In this document: positions 8,917-18,761 of the stretch, in pieces
How the letters are laid out: every line of letters begins with the position of its first letter
Position numbering within the stretch: the stretch's first letter is position 1
Assembly: GCA_041665485.1 (NCBI GenBank)
Contig: JBAYIT010000003.1
Coordinates: 67,146-131,145, forward strand
Length of the DNA: 64,000 nucleotides
Origin: Candidatus Shapirobacteria bacterium
Lineage (GTDB): Bacteria > Patescibacteriota > Microgenomatia > UBA12405
Reading direction: 5' to 3'
Notes under the pieces: generated by a model
Database searches by the model: none
The model's input: the letters and a program-made list of their open reading frames with translations, nothing else
What the model was told of the DNA's origin: nothing
Position numbers and translations under genes: made by a program

Positions 8917-10011
8917 TCAACCAATCTTTACCAGACTCAAATTGTGGGCCGATCCGCCTTCAAACCAATTATTGCCGTGAATTACCAAAGTCACTTTCTT
9001 TTTTGTTAATAATTTTCTCGCCACCAATTCTTCAAAAACTTTATCTTCCTGTCTAAACTCGCTATTTTTAAACACCCTGTAATAGGGGATTATTCCATAG
9101 CTAATTCCCAATTGAGAGAGCTGACTTTGGCTGTCGCTAATTGCAATCACTGGTATCGCCAATCGATAACTGCTAATTATTTTGGCTGTTTTACCGCTTT
9201 TGGTAAACACCACTACCCCGCCAATCTCTTCTTTGCCGATCTTCTTAATTATTTCTACCGCTCCCGCCACCAAGCTATCGCCCAAGTCGTCAGCTTCAAT
9301 TTCCACCTGCCTCAATTCGCCACTTTCCTCGCAGTATCTGGCAATTTTGTCCATTACTTTAACTGCTTCCACCGGGTTTTTGCCAATGGCCGTTTCGTCG
9401 GAAAGCATTATCGAGTCGGTTCCGTCGAAAATAGCATTAGACACGTCGGTGGCTTCTGCCCGAGTCGGTTTCGGGTTCACCGTCATTGACTGCAACATTT
9501 GTGTTGCCACTATCACCGAAGTGTGGTTTTTACGGCAACTATCAATAATTTTTTTCTGGAAAAAACCCAGTTCTTCAATCGGCAAATCCTCGCCCAAATC
9601 GCCTCGGGCCACCATGATTGCTTCTGATTTAGGAATTATTTTTTCAAGTCGACTAAGTGCGGCTCTATTCTCGATTTTGGCGACAATTCCAGCTTTAATT
9701 TTTTTCTTTTCTAGTCTTTGCCTCAAATTATCAACTTCGTTCTCACTTTTCAAATATGATAGGGCCACCAGATCATAGTCCTTGACTTCAATTGGATAGT
9801 CGCTTCTAACAATATCAATCATTATACCTATGTTTTTACCTATCTTTTCAGACATTTTCCTGGCCATCGTAATTTTATCTTGATGCCACTCTTGGGTGTT
9901 GTGCTTCAAATTAAATCGGAAATAATTGGCCCCCGCTTCGATTAAACCCGCCATCATCTCTTTACTGCCTGTTGCTGGTCCTATAGTGGTAATTATTTTT
10001 GTTTTTCGCAT
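8917..10011 (-). CDS. pyk: pyruvate kinase (short; B domain absent)
   Basis: RKTKIITTIGPA, AKIEN, MVARGDLG, ATQMLQSM, PTRAEATDVSNA, MLSDETA. Confidence 0.95.
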   Translation of the reverse strand: MRKTKIITTIGPATGSKEMMAGLIEAGANYFRFNLKHNTQEWHQDKITMARKMSEKIGKNIGIMIDIVRSDYPIEVKDYDLVALSYLKSENEVDNLRQRLEKKKIKAGIVAKIENRAALSRLEKIIPKSEAIMVARGDLGEDLPIEELGFFQKKIIDSCRKNHTSVIVATQMLQSMTVNPKPTRAEATDVSNAIFDGTDSIMLSDETAIGKNPVEAVKVMDKIARYCEESGELRQVEIEADDLGDSLVAGAVEIIKKIGKEEIGGVVVFTKSGKTAKIISSYRLAIPVIAISDSQSQLSQLGISYGIIPYYRVFKNSEFRQEDKVFEELVARKLLTKKKVTLVIHGNNWFEGGSAHNLSLVKIG

Positions 10012-10039
10012 AATTTATTGCTATCATTAATATTACCTT

Positions 10040-11368
10040 ATGTCCCAATACCAAATCATTGGTGGTAATCCCCTCAAAGGTGAAGTTTCTATCCGTGGCG
10101 CCAAAAACGCCTCTTTCAAACAAATCATCGCTTCGATGTTAACCAAAGACACCGTTCATCTCACTAATGTCCCTAGTATCTCTGACGTCCACCTTACTCA
10201 AAGCATCGCTCAAAGTTTAGGTTCTCAAATCAAGCAAGTTGGTCTCCATGGTTTAGAAATAACCACCAAAAAAATCACTAGTTCAATAGTTCCCAGTGGT
10301 ACCGGCGAAAAATCCCGCTCTTCCTTTATGTTTGCTCCGCCCCTTCTACTGCGTACCGGCAAGGCTGTCGTCCCCACTCCCGGCGGTGATAAACTTGGCG
10401 CCCGCCCCCTCGACCGTCTTTTTGATTGTTATAAAAGCATGGGAATTGATGTTGACGTTACCAATAGTTCCATTGCTTTTAAAACAAGCGGTATCAAAGC
10501 CACTCATTATATTTTTCCTCAACCTTCCCACACTGTTACTGAAGTCGTCATTATGACCGCTTCCCTGGCCAAGGGTGATACGGTAATTGAAAATTCAGCC
10601 CGTGAGCCGGAAATCGATGATCTTATAGATATGCTCAATTCCATGGGCGCCAAGATTCAACGCGACCCAAAAAATTTATCCACCATTTACATCACCGGTG
10701 TCTCATCTCTCCATCAAACCGAGCATCAAATAATTGCCGACCGCAACGAATCGGTCACCTTTGCCTGCGCCACTCTGGCCACCAAGGGTTCGATCAATAT
10801 CTTGCGGGTTGACCCTAAAATCATCAACACCTTTCTTGACACTATCACCGCCATGGGCGCTGAAGTTGTCCGTGGCCGCGACGAAGTTACTATTTCCTGG
10901 GTCGGCCCTCTTAAAGCCTGTGATATTGAAACTTCCCCCGAGCCCGGCTTTATGACCGACTGGCAGGCTCTTTTTAGCTTGGTTTTAACTCAAGCCGTTG
11001 GCAGTAGCTCGGTTATCGAGCGGGTTTTCCCCTCCCGTTTTCAGCACATAGCCACCCTTAATCAGATGGGTGCCAAAACTAAGTTTTTTAATCCAACGCC
11101 CGAAGATCCAGCCAAATACTACCATTTCAATCTCGACACTGACAAACCGGAGTATTTCCACGGCGTCAAAATCTACGGCCCAACAAAATTAAAACCAATT
11201 AATCTGACTGTTTCCGACCTCCGTGCTGGCGCCACCGCCACTCTGGCCGCCCTCACTGCCGTCGGCAAATCAACCATTCAGGGAGTCGAATTCATCGAGC
11301 GTGGTTACGAAAATTTGGCCGACCGTCTCCGTTCCCTTGGCGCCCAAATCACTTACATCAAGACTTAG
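10040..11368 (+). CDS. murA: UDP-N-acetylglucosamine 1-carboxyvinyltransferase
   Basis: GAKNA, PGGDKLGARP, AREPEI, PGFMTD, DLRAG, IERGYE. Confidence 0.96.
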   Translation: MSQYQIIGGNPLKGEVSIRGAKNASFKQIIASMLTKDTVHLTNVPSISDVHLTQSIAQSLGSQIKQVGLHGLEITTKKITSSIVPSGTGEKSRSSFMFAPPLLLRTGKAVVPTPGGDKLGARPLDRLFDCYKSMGIDVDVTNSSIAFKTSGIKATHYIFPQPSHTVTEVVIMTASLAKGDTVIENSAREPEIDDLIDMLNSMGAKIQRDPKNLSTIYITGVSSLHQTEHQIIADRNESVTFACATLATKGSINILRVDPKIINTFLDTITAMGAEVVRGRDEVTISWVGPLKACDIETSPEPGFMTDWQALFSLVLTQAVGSSSVIERVFPSRFQHIATLNQMGAKTKFFNPTPEDPAKYYHFNLDTDKPEYFHGVKIYGPTKLKPINLTVSDLRAGATATLAALTAVGKSTIQGVEFIERGYENLADRLRSLGAQITYIKT

Positions 11369-13089
11369 CCCGTCTGCAACGCCCAAAACCGGCTATACAA
11401 ACTTTCTTTATCTGCCAATAATTGTCGGTGCGAGCCAACTTCTTTAATTCTCCCTTTTTCCATCACTACAATTTTTTCGGCGCGAACGACTGTCGACAAT
11501 CGGTGGGCAATTACAATTGTTGTTTTGTTTTCCGCCGCTTTCCAAAAAGCCTCCTGAATTAATTTTTCTGATTCCGAATCCAGTTGAGAGGTCGCCTCAT
11601 CAAAAATAATGATTTCCGGATTTTTCAAAATCATTCTGGCAATTGCCAGTCTTTGCTTTTGTCCGCCGGACAGTTTTACTCCTCGCTCGCCCACATTAGT
11701 TTCAAATTTCTGGGGAAGTGTCATTATAAAATCGTAAAGATTAGCCATTTTTGCTGCCGCTATCATTTCCTTTTTGCTGGCTGAACTTCGGCCATAGGTA
11801 ATGTTGTAGCCAATCGTATTATTAAACATAATCGGTTCCTGGGGCACTACTCCCACCATGGCCCTTAAATCACTTTTCCTCATCTCTTTAATATCAATTC
11901 CGTCAATAGTAATTTTTCCCGAATCGGGGTCATAAAACCGCAAAAGTAATTTTACTAAAGTTGTTTTGCCTACTCCCGAATGGCCCACAAATGCCACTGA
12001 CTGGCCTCCTCTGATGTCCAGATTTATCTCTTCCACCGCTTTATTTTTATTTTTTGGGTAAGCAAACCAAATGTTGTCAAATTTTATTTCTCCGGCGACT
12101 TCTCTTATAGTTTTTGGTTTTTTTGGGTCAGCCACTTCCGGTGTTTCGTTTAGAATAGCAAAATATTTTTGAATATCCACCGTATGTTTGGCCACTTGTC
12201 GCAAGTTGTATACCAATTCGAAAAAACGATTATAAAAACTACTCACAAAACCCACCACCATTACAAAACTACCCGTACCTATTTCATCCTGTGTCACCAG
12301 TTTCAAACCATAAATTAGGGCCACTACTAAACCAATATTTCCTAGCCCTCCGATTATGATATCTATCATTCTAAAGCTCATTGAATAATCCCATAATCGC
12401 CGAAACCAGTTTACAAATTTTTTCTGCAACCTCCGCCTTTCCCATTTTTCCCTAGCAAAGAGTTTAACTGTCTCAAAATTAATTAAGTTATCCACAATAA
12501 TATCCGATATTTCATCTTCTACTTGGTTAAATTCTCTTCTGGTTCGAATATTATTTCTTATCAATGATCCTGTTACCGCCAAAGCTATTCCGAAGGTCAT
12601 GAATACGATCAGCCCAATTTCCCATTTAATTTTAACCAAGAAAAAAAGCATTGTTACAAATCCAATTACCACCCTAGTGCTGGAAATGTTGATTGACTGA
12701 AAAAAATCGAAAAATGCTCCGTCGCCCCTTTTGATTAAACTAATTAAAGAGCCGGTACTTTTTGAAGTATGAAAAGCAAAATCCAGATTATGAATTTTTT
12801 CTACCACCGCCATTCTGGCATCACGCGATGCTGGTATTACCGCCTTGTCTCCTGCCGCCCTCATCAAATTATCGCTTAGTAAACCAACCACCCTCACTAG
12901 TCCAAACAATATTAAGACTATAATAGCTTCGGAATAGTTTCTTGTAGGGATAATATCCACAAATAATTTATAGAAATACGGCTCGACTGCTTCCAGTACT
13001 CCATTTAAAATTAAGGCCACCGTAAACACCGCCATTGCCCCTCGGTAACGCCCCAAAAATTTATAGTATGTTTTTAGAATCAACCACAT
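11365..13089 (-). CDS. ABC exporter, fused permease/ATPase (Atm1/MsbA-like)
   Basis: 6 TM segments, NFETVK, GHSGVGKT, LSGGQKQR, DEATSQLD, IAHRLST. Confidence 0.93.
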   Translation of the reverse strand: MWLILKTYYKFLGRYRGAMAVFTVALILNGVLEAVEPYFYKLFVDIIPTRNYSEAIIVLILFGLVRVVGLLSDNLMRAAGDKAVIPASRDARMAVVEKIHNLDFAFHTSKSTGSLISLIKRGDGAFFDFFQSINISSTRVVIGFVTMLFFLVKIKWEIGLIVFMTFGIALAVTGSLIRNNIRTRREFNQVEDEISDIIVDNLINFETVKLFAREKWERRRLQKKFVNWFRRLWDYSMSFRMIDIIIGGLGNIGLVVALIYGLKLVTQDEIGTGSFVMVVGFVSSFYNRFFELVYNLRQVAKHTVDIQKYFAILNETPEVADPKKPKTIREVAGEIKFDNIWFAYPKNKNKAVEEINLDIRGGQSVAFVGHSGVGKTTLVKLLLRFYDPDSGKITIDGIDIKEMRKSDLRAMVGVVPQEPIMFNNTIGYNITYGRSSASKKEMIAAAKMANLYDFIMTLPQKFETNVGERGVKLSGGQKQRLAIARMILKNPEIIIFDEATSQLDSESEKLIQEAFWKAAENKTTIVIAHRLSTVVRAEKIVVMEKGRIKEVGSHRQLLADKESLYSRFWALQTG

Positions 13090-13103
13090 GGAACTATTCT
13101 ACA

Positions 13104-13805
13104 CTACATTCCATCAATTTCGTATCTACTTGTTTTAGATCGATACCGGCAAAACTCGCAGTCTTTATTTGGTGGTGGCAGTCGGTCGTCGGTCAAGGTC
13201 TTTGCTAATTTGCTAATTGTTCCTTCAATCCAATCTCGGTTGCCCACATAGGGAATTATTTTTATCCTAAATTCTAGCTTTGCGTCAAACGCCTCATTAT
13301 CACTTCTACCGTTAACATAGACAAAATAACCGGTGTTACTTACTTCAAAGCCGTTATTAGCCAAAAGCCATTGATAAATCTCCATCTGTCTTCGGTAACT
13401 GTCGTGCCACGGGCTATCAGTTAGTTCTACCTCGCCCTCTTTGGCCGTCGACTTGTAATCTACTACAAATAACTTTTTCTCTTTATCAACCCAAATATCA
13501 TCCACTGCTCCAAAAAATTCAATCTCCGTTTCCGGGTGGTAAAAACTAACTCCCTTAAAATTATTCCGCCATTTATCCATATTTTCATGATCAAATGGCA
13601 CTGCCTCAATTCCGTAAGCCGTCATTAATGGGTGCGGTTCATGTTTGGTTCGGTAGATATCAAATTCTTTTTTAAGCAATCGATCCACTTCTGAATTAAG
13701 AGTAAACGGCATTCCTCCTGGTTGCTTTATTTTCAACACCACGTCGAAATAAAAACATCTTGGGCACCGCACAAACAATTCAATTTTCGACCTCGACAAT
13801 CTCAT
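13104..13805 (-). CDS. PD-(D/E)XK nuclease-family protein (RecB/Cas4-like, Cys-rich)
   Basis: LSRSKI..F..CPRCFY, GAVDD, VDYKS, QMEIY, CEFC. Confidence 0.85.
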   Translation of the reverse strand: MRLSRSKIELFVRCPRCFYFDVVLKIKQPGGMPFTLNSEVDRLLKKEFDIYRTKHEPHPLMTAYGIEAVPFDHENMDKWRNNFKGVSFYHPETEIEFFGAVDDIWVDKEKKLFVVDYKSTAKEGEVELTDSPWHDSYRRQMEIYQWLLANNGFEVSNTGYFVYVNGRSDNEAFDAKLEFRIKIIPYVGNRDWIEGTISKLAKTLTDDRLPPPNKDCEFCRYRSKTSRYEIDGM

Positions 13806-13856
13806 TACCTATTTTAACCCAAAATATCTGTTATTATTTTTTATAAACTAATCATA

Positions 13857-13897
13857 CGTCATTGCGACCCTGAGCTTGTCGAAGGGGAAGCAATCTC
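13857..13897. repeat. REP/RPE-like palindromic element (half copy) with inserted CCCTGAGCTTGTCGAAGGG module
   Basis: CGTCATTGCGA...GAAGCAATC shared with 20791-20834. Confidence 0.7.
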
Positions 13898-13918
13898 GAT
13901 GGGATTTAAAATAACATC

Positions 13919-14491
13919 ATGAAATTATCGGCATCGCTAATTTTTGTTTTCACTCTTTTGTTTTTTGCTAATTTTTTTGTCGTTAAAAATATCCCCGAAA
14001 CTGGTATTTATAATAATCAGCCTGTCGTCGTTCCCAACTTTGATTTTTCCTCTCCGGAGGTTTTGGGCGAAACCACTGGCTCCGATAAATGGATTGAAGT
14101 TGATCTTACCACTCAACAAGCCACCGCCTACGAAAACGGCCAAAAAGTTTTTGAGTTTCTTATATCTTCTGGCACCTGGGGCCGAACTCCCACTGGCACT
14201 TTCAAAATTTGGACCAAGGTCAAATCTCAAAAAATGTCCGGCGGCTCCAAAGAAAACGGCACCTATTATTATCTCCCCAACGTTCCTTATATTATGTTTT
14301 TCTACAACGACGACGTCCCCAAAAAAATGGGCTTTAGTTTTCACGGCACTTATTGGCACGACAATTTTGGTGTCCCCATGTCCCACGGCTGTATCAACAT
14401 GAAAACGGCTGAAGCCAAAATGCTTTTCGATTGGGCCGAAATCGACACCCCCATCTTCATCTTCGGTAAATACGCCCCGGTGTCTACCTAA
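13919..14491 (+). CDS. L,D-transpeptidase (YkuD family)
   Basis: IEVDLTTQ, ISSG, TPTG, FHGTYWH, SHGCINM. Confidence 0.93.
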   Translation: MKLSASLIFVFTLLFFANFFVVKNIPETGIYNNQPVVVPNFDFSSPEVLGETTGSDKWIEVDLTTQQATAYENGQKVFEFLISSGTWGRTPTGTFKIWTKVKSQKMSGGSKENGTYYYLPNVPYIMFFYNDDVPKKMGFSFHGTYWHDNFGVPMSHGCINMKTAEAKMLFDWAEIDTPIFIFGKYAPVST

Positions 14492-14804
14492 CCAAATATC
14501 TCTGCATTCTGACCAACTGCTTGTCCGAATGTTGGCCGTTAAAAACTGCCGTCATATCCGTTCCGCAGTTGAAAATATCGCCCCCCGAATGTTGATTGCG
14601 GTATTGAGTCACATCATATTTTTGTCCTCGCACTGTAATTAAGCATCGGTTATCAACCGCCGTCGGGGCTACCGATATTGTTTGTATTGTTGTCGGTGTC
14701 GGCATTATTTCAGTCAACTGTTTTTTGGGCTGATTGCTAATTACTGCCACTCCTAAAACCACTAAAAATACCGCCATTGTTACTAAAAATATGTTTTTAA
14801 CCAT
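14484..14804 (-). CDS. membrane-anchored cytochrome b5-like protein
   Basis: CLITVRGQKYDVT...QHSGG...CGTDMT..F.GQHS. Confidence 0.85.
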   Translation of the reverse strand: MVKNIFLVTMAVFLVVLGVAVISNQPKKQLTEIMPTPTTIQTISVAPTAVDNRCLITVRGQKYDVTQYRNQHSGGDIFNCGTDMTAVFNGQHSDKQLVRMQRYLVR

Positions 14805-14805
14805 A

Positions 14806-16056
14806 TTAGCCTAAATAAAAATTTTCATAATAAATATTTAACTTATCAACTCCAAGATCAATTAATTGATTTTGAATATCAGTCATCATCGCTTCTGGCC
14901 CACAAACTAGAAATGTCCAATCAGTAAAATTGCCAATTTTCTCTTTAATAAAATTTCCTGTTAACCTCTGTTTCTCACTTGTGTAAACCGGAAAATAAGC
15001 AAAATTATTTGTTTTAATTTTCGTTAATCTATCGTCAGCGTAGCCGTTTCTTTCTCTCATCGAATAAAATAATGTCATTTCTTTTTCAGATCCCACCATG
15101 CTCAAAAATGGTGTTATTCCAATTCCTCCCGCTACCACTACTATTTTTTTGCCACCATCAAAAATCTCCCCCATTTTTCCGTACGGCCCTATTATTTCCG
15201 CCACATCACCAGTCTTTAATCCTGTCAGTTTATCAGTATAATCACCGCCCATTTTTATTGCTAACTTGATTTCTTTTTCTTCTGGCGCTGACGCAATTGA
15301 AAATGGATGTGACTCTTCTCCTGTCACTTTGTTTTTAAAACTGACAAATACAAACTGCCCCGGTCTAAATTTTATTTCTTTATTTTTTGCCTCCAAACTA
15401 ATCTCTATTATTTTGTTAAATTGATTAATTTTTTTAACTATATAATCCGTTTTCGTTTTATTAAGCAACCACTTTCGGTAAACCACCGCCGCCAGTGCCA
15501 AGCCCATCCACCCCAGCATCCACAGTTTAAGTGGCCAAAATCGCGCCACATCGCTGTCGATCAATAAAACATGCCCAAAAGCCATTAACGCTACCAATCC
15601 CATTAATTGGTGGGTTTTAAGCCAGGACTGGTAGGGGAGTTTGATAATTAGAGTAAACGTCAATAGCAATATTAGTCCATACACTGCCCCCACTCCTAAG
15701 TTGTAGGGTAAAAGGGTTGATGGTAATAAATATAAGAGTCCGTTTCCCCCAACACTTATTGCTTTTATTGCCAGCAACACCGGGTGAGCCATTAGTAAGC
15801 TAAAAGCTATTCCTCCCAATAGGTGGTGCTTTTTATAAACTTTATCCAAGCCGCCAAACCAATCTTCAAGCCAACTTATCCGGCTACTCAGGCCAAAAGT
15901 TATCGCCAAAAGCACTCCGCCCGAAAGTGAGCTCATCTGGCTTAATACTTGCCAAAAATTAAACGCCGGGGCGTCTGGTACTGTTTTTGAGACCAAAAAT
16001 AATCCCGCTGTTATCACTAAACCAATAATGATCAACCAACTCCCTTTATCTTTCAC
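14806..16056 (-). CDS. ferric reductase-like transmembrane oxidoreductase with FAD/NAD(P)H-binding domains
   Basis: TM His pairs (KKHH..AHP, KTHQ..GHV); PGQF, HPFSI, GPYG, AGGIGITPF, CGP. Confidence 0.9.
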   Translation of the reverse strand: MKDKGSWLIIIGLVITAGLFLVSKTVPDAPAFNFWQVLSQMSSLSGGVLLAITFGLSSRISWLEDWFGGLDKVYKKHHLLGGIAFSLLMAHPVLLAIKAISVGGNGLLYLLPSTLLPYNLGVGAVYGLILLLTFTLIIKLPYQSWLKTHQLMGLVALMAFGHVLLIDSDVARFWPLKLWMLGWMGLALAAVVYRKWLLNKTKTDYIVKKINQFNKIIEISLEAKNKEIKFRPGQFVFVSFKNKVTGEESHPFSIASAPEEKEIKLAIKMGGDYTDKLTGLKTGDVAEIIGPYGKMGEIFDGGKKIVVVAGGIGITPFLSMVGSEKEMTLFYSMRERNGYADDRLTKIKTNNFAYFPVYTSEKQRLTGNFIKEKIGNFTDWTFLVCGPEAMMTDIQNQLIDLGVDKLNIYYENFYLG

Positions 16057-16097
16057 TTCTCAATTTTACCAGCTCCAATCTGAAATTTAACTGAAGT

Positions 16098-16436
16098 TTA
16101 ATTTTGCTTCTTTAGGTATCCTGATAAATTTCCCGTTCTTGGTTTTTCTATCTCCTCTTTTTCTTTAACTGCATTGTCCTCTTCAATTCTTTTTAATTTA
16201 ATTTTCATTAGTCCATCGACAAAATCGGCGCCACTATAACCCCCAAGTAGCGCCATCACCCCCTCGCCATTAAAAAATGTCGCCACCACCGCTCCCAAAA
16301 TCGCCGAAATTAAAACTGAAATCAAAAGCCAAGTCCAATTTATCGTTACCTCTTTTTTCAGGGCCAAGTCTTTGGCAATTCCCAACACTCCCCGCAATAT
16401 TCCCCCCATCGCTCCCGCCACCACTATCCACCACAT
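16098..16436 (-). CDS. small membrane protein
   Basis: three Gly-rich hydrophobic segments; TAGAAT 6 nt upstream. Confidence 0.7.
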   Translation of the reverse strand: MWWIVVAGAMGGILRGVLGIAKDLALKKEVTINWTWLLISVLISAILGAVVATFFNGEGVMALLGGYSGADFVDGLMKIKLKRIEEDNAVKEKEEIEKPRTGNLSGYLKKQN

Positions 16437-16465
16437 AAACCAATTCTACACCAATTTAAGTCTCC

Positions 16466-16491
16466 CTTGTCAAAGGGAGATTTAGAGGGAT
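16466..16491. repeat. short palindromic repeat (CCCTT..AAAGGG class; the hairpin itself spans 16461-16480)
   Basis: TCTCCCTT-gtc-AAAGGGAGA followed by TTTAGAGGGA; related to 18895-18951. Confidence 0.45.
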
Positions 16492-16511
16492 TGAATCATT
16501 TATACTTACTC

Positions 16512-17165
16512 ATGACTTTCAGAAAACTAGCCGTTGCCAGTTTAATTCTACTTGTTCCGGCCCTGGCCACTGCCATTCGCTTTACTCAAAATTCAACCGT
16601 TGGTGACAAAGTTGTCACCATCATCGATGGCGACACTTTTAAACTCGAAAACAAACAAACCATCCGCCTGGCCTCAATCGATGCTCCCGAGTTGGGCAGT
16701 TGTTATTCGCAAGAGGCTAAAAACGCCCTATCGCAATTGATTTTAAATAAACGGGTCGTTCTCCTCGAGCCGTATGCCGATAATTTTAGCCGGGTTATCG
16801 CTCTCGTTATCAGTAATGGTCAAGTAATCAATGAGGTTATGGTTCGAAACGGCTTTGCCGTCGACACCTACGATAACTTTTCCGCCAAAAAAGCCCTTCA
16901 GTCTGCCAACGATTATGCCCGGGCCAATAGTCTCGGAGTTTATGGCCCCAAATGTTCCCAAGTCGTTCCGCCTAATTTAAGCTGTTTAATCAAAGGCAAC
17001 CACGACCAGCGCCAAGGTCGCCCTCTATACTCATATCCTGGTTGCACCAATTACAACCGAACTGTCGTTGAAACTTTTCGCGGTGATCAATGGTTTTGCA
17101 CCGAAGCTGAAGCCCAAAAAGCCGGCTACACCCGCTCCGGCGACTGCCAGTCCGACTTCCACTAA
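16512..17165 (+). CDS. secreted thermonuclease (SNase family) with C-terminal Cys-rich domain
   Basis: IIDGDT, IRLASIDAPE, INEVMVRNGFA; CLIKGN...WFCTEAEAQKAGY. Confidence 0.9.
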   Translation: MTFRKLAVASLILLVPALATAIRFTQNSTVGDKVVTIIDGDTFKLENKQTIRLASIDAPELGSCYSQEAKNALSQLILNKRVVLLEPYADNFSRVIALVISNGQVINEVMVRNGFAVDTYDNFSAKKALQSANDYARANSLGVYGPKCSQVVPPNLSCLIKGNHDQRQGRPLYSYPGCTNYNRTVVETFRGDQWFCTEAEAQKAGYTRSGDCQSDFH

Positions 17166-17166
17166 T

Positions 17167-17397
17167 TTATCTCCTTTCCCTTTTCCACACTGCAATCACG
17201 ATATAGTCAAAACTTACTTTAGTCGTTTTAGCGTAAAACAACCCAATTTCGTAACCATTATATTTCCTAACAGCAACTTTCGAATCCGGCGTCACTCCGT
17301 GTTCACCCTTATTAAACACTTCGTAAATCTCCGCCTCACTCACCCTCAAATTCCTCATCTTTTCTAAAACCTTTGGTGGAAAAAATAGGGTAGACAT
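17167..17397 (-). CDS. small protein, DUF4258/RelE-like
   Basis: 76 aa, EKMRNLRVSEAEIYEVFNKG...VIAVWKR pattern. Confidence 0.5.
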   Translation of the reverse strand: MSTLFFPPKVLEKMRNLRVSEAEIYEVFNKGEHGVTPDSKVAVRKYNGYEIGLFYAKTTKVSFDYIVIAVWKRERR

Positions 17398-17439
17398 ACT
17401 TAAATAACTTTTTCGTTACTAGTATATAATAATTTAATT

Positions 17440-18568
17440 GTGGAAGAAGAATTGAATCGTCGATTGGTGGTTCAAGATGAAAACCTAAATAAACTGGTCA
17501 CTAAGGGTATCTTTCAGCCACTTTCGGCAGTTTCAAATCCCCATTATGACTGTACGGGCGCATATTTTAATCCGCATTTAACATACACAAATCCTAATTT
17601 TGATTTTAGTTCAAGTTTCCCCCCGGTTTACCCTATATGTTGGCACTCGGAAGTGGCAAAAGGTTTCCCGATTCTCTGGTTTATTGTCGGCCCGGTAACA
17701 GAAGAACTGGAATTGTAACCTCTTCATCTGGAATCCAACTAGCCGGTGTCCCACTTAGGTATCTTGATGAAAAAGGGTTAGGCCAACTGTCAGAGAGACG
17801 TATAGAAACAGGTCTTATTAGACAGGAATATGTCCGAACTTGTCCGCCCAAAGCTGGAAAATTACATGGTCGTCCTATTACTTGGGGTATTACCGATCTT
17901 GAAACGGCAAGATATGATGTCGAGTCAACCCACGGTTTAGTCCAAGATGGCCTAAGAATCATCCCAACAGTTGCCATCGTACCTCTGACAAAAATACTTG
18001 ACGAGACGGGAAACTATCTCGCCATTAAGGATGCTGTTGAAAATGGCCTTCTCGCGGCCGGATCTATTCCGGCAATTCAATTTAGGGCTTATGTAACACC
18101 GTATCGGCCGGGCGAATTTATCTTTACAAAGTTACATAACCTATCACAAGGGGAGATAAACAGAAGAAAAATCATGTTTCTAGAGGGTATGGCGGATATG
18201 TCTCTAGACCCTAGTATCCCGATAGATTTTAGTAATCCGGAAAAATCTATCCTTGAGTATTTAGATTGGTTCGCAACAACCTTTGGGGGTAGTCTAGCTC
18301 GTTTGCACAGAGCAAAAAAACACACGGCTATCTTAACGAACTTCACAACGTCACCTTAGATGTCCGTTTCACTGACTCCGACGGACTCGAAACTGGCGTA
18401 ACTAGTCATGAAACTTACCAAGAATATGGTTCTTTGTTTAATGCATGTCCAAATTGTCCACCGGAGTTATGGAAATACTATGACAGTATTATTAATCTAT
18501 TTGATCTTCGAATAGGCCCTAGTATTTTTATGAATAAAACAATCAAGACATACAACGATCACCAGTAG
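17440..18568 (+). pseudogene. protein-kinase-fold gene split by two homopolymer frameshifts
   Basis: adding one C at C6 (17619-17624) and one A at A7 (18314-18320) gives one frame to TAG 18566-18568 containing LDEKGLG and LARLHRAKKTHGYLNELHNVTLDVRFTDSDG. Confidence 0.65.
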
Positions 18569-18604
18569 CATTCTCTTCATAACAGTACTTATTTATCTAA
18601 TCTG

Positions 18605-18675
18605 TTGCCCGACAAGGATTCGGACCTCAATTCCTACGTTCAGAGCGTAGTGGCCTACCATTAGCCGATCGGGCA
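18605..18675 (-). tRNA. tRNA-Gln (CTG)
   Basis: acceptor TGCCCGA/TCGGGCA, D arm GGC/GCC, anticodon stem CTACG-CTCTGAA-CGTAG; T loop variant TCCGAAT; CCA not encoded. Confidence 0.9.
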
Positions 18676-18761
18676 TTAATTCAAGATCCTAGGCAGTATT
18701 TTATCTTATCCTTCAACACTTCTCTACCATATCTGTTTTTATCAGAAAAAACTCATATCTC

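Noticed and set aside
13104-13805. Cas4-like nuclease as a sign of CRISPR-Cas
   Set aside because: No other cas genes and no repeat-spacer array anywhere in the window
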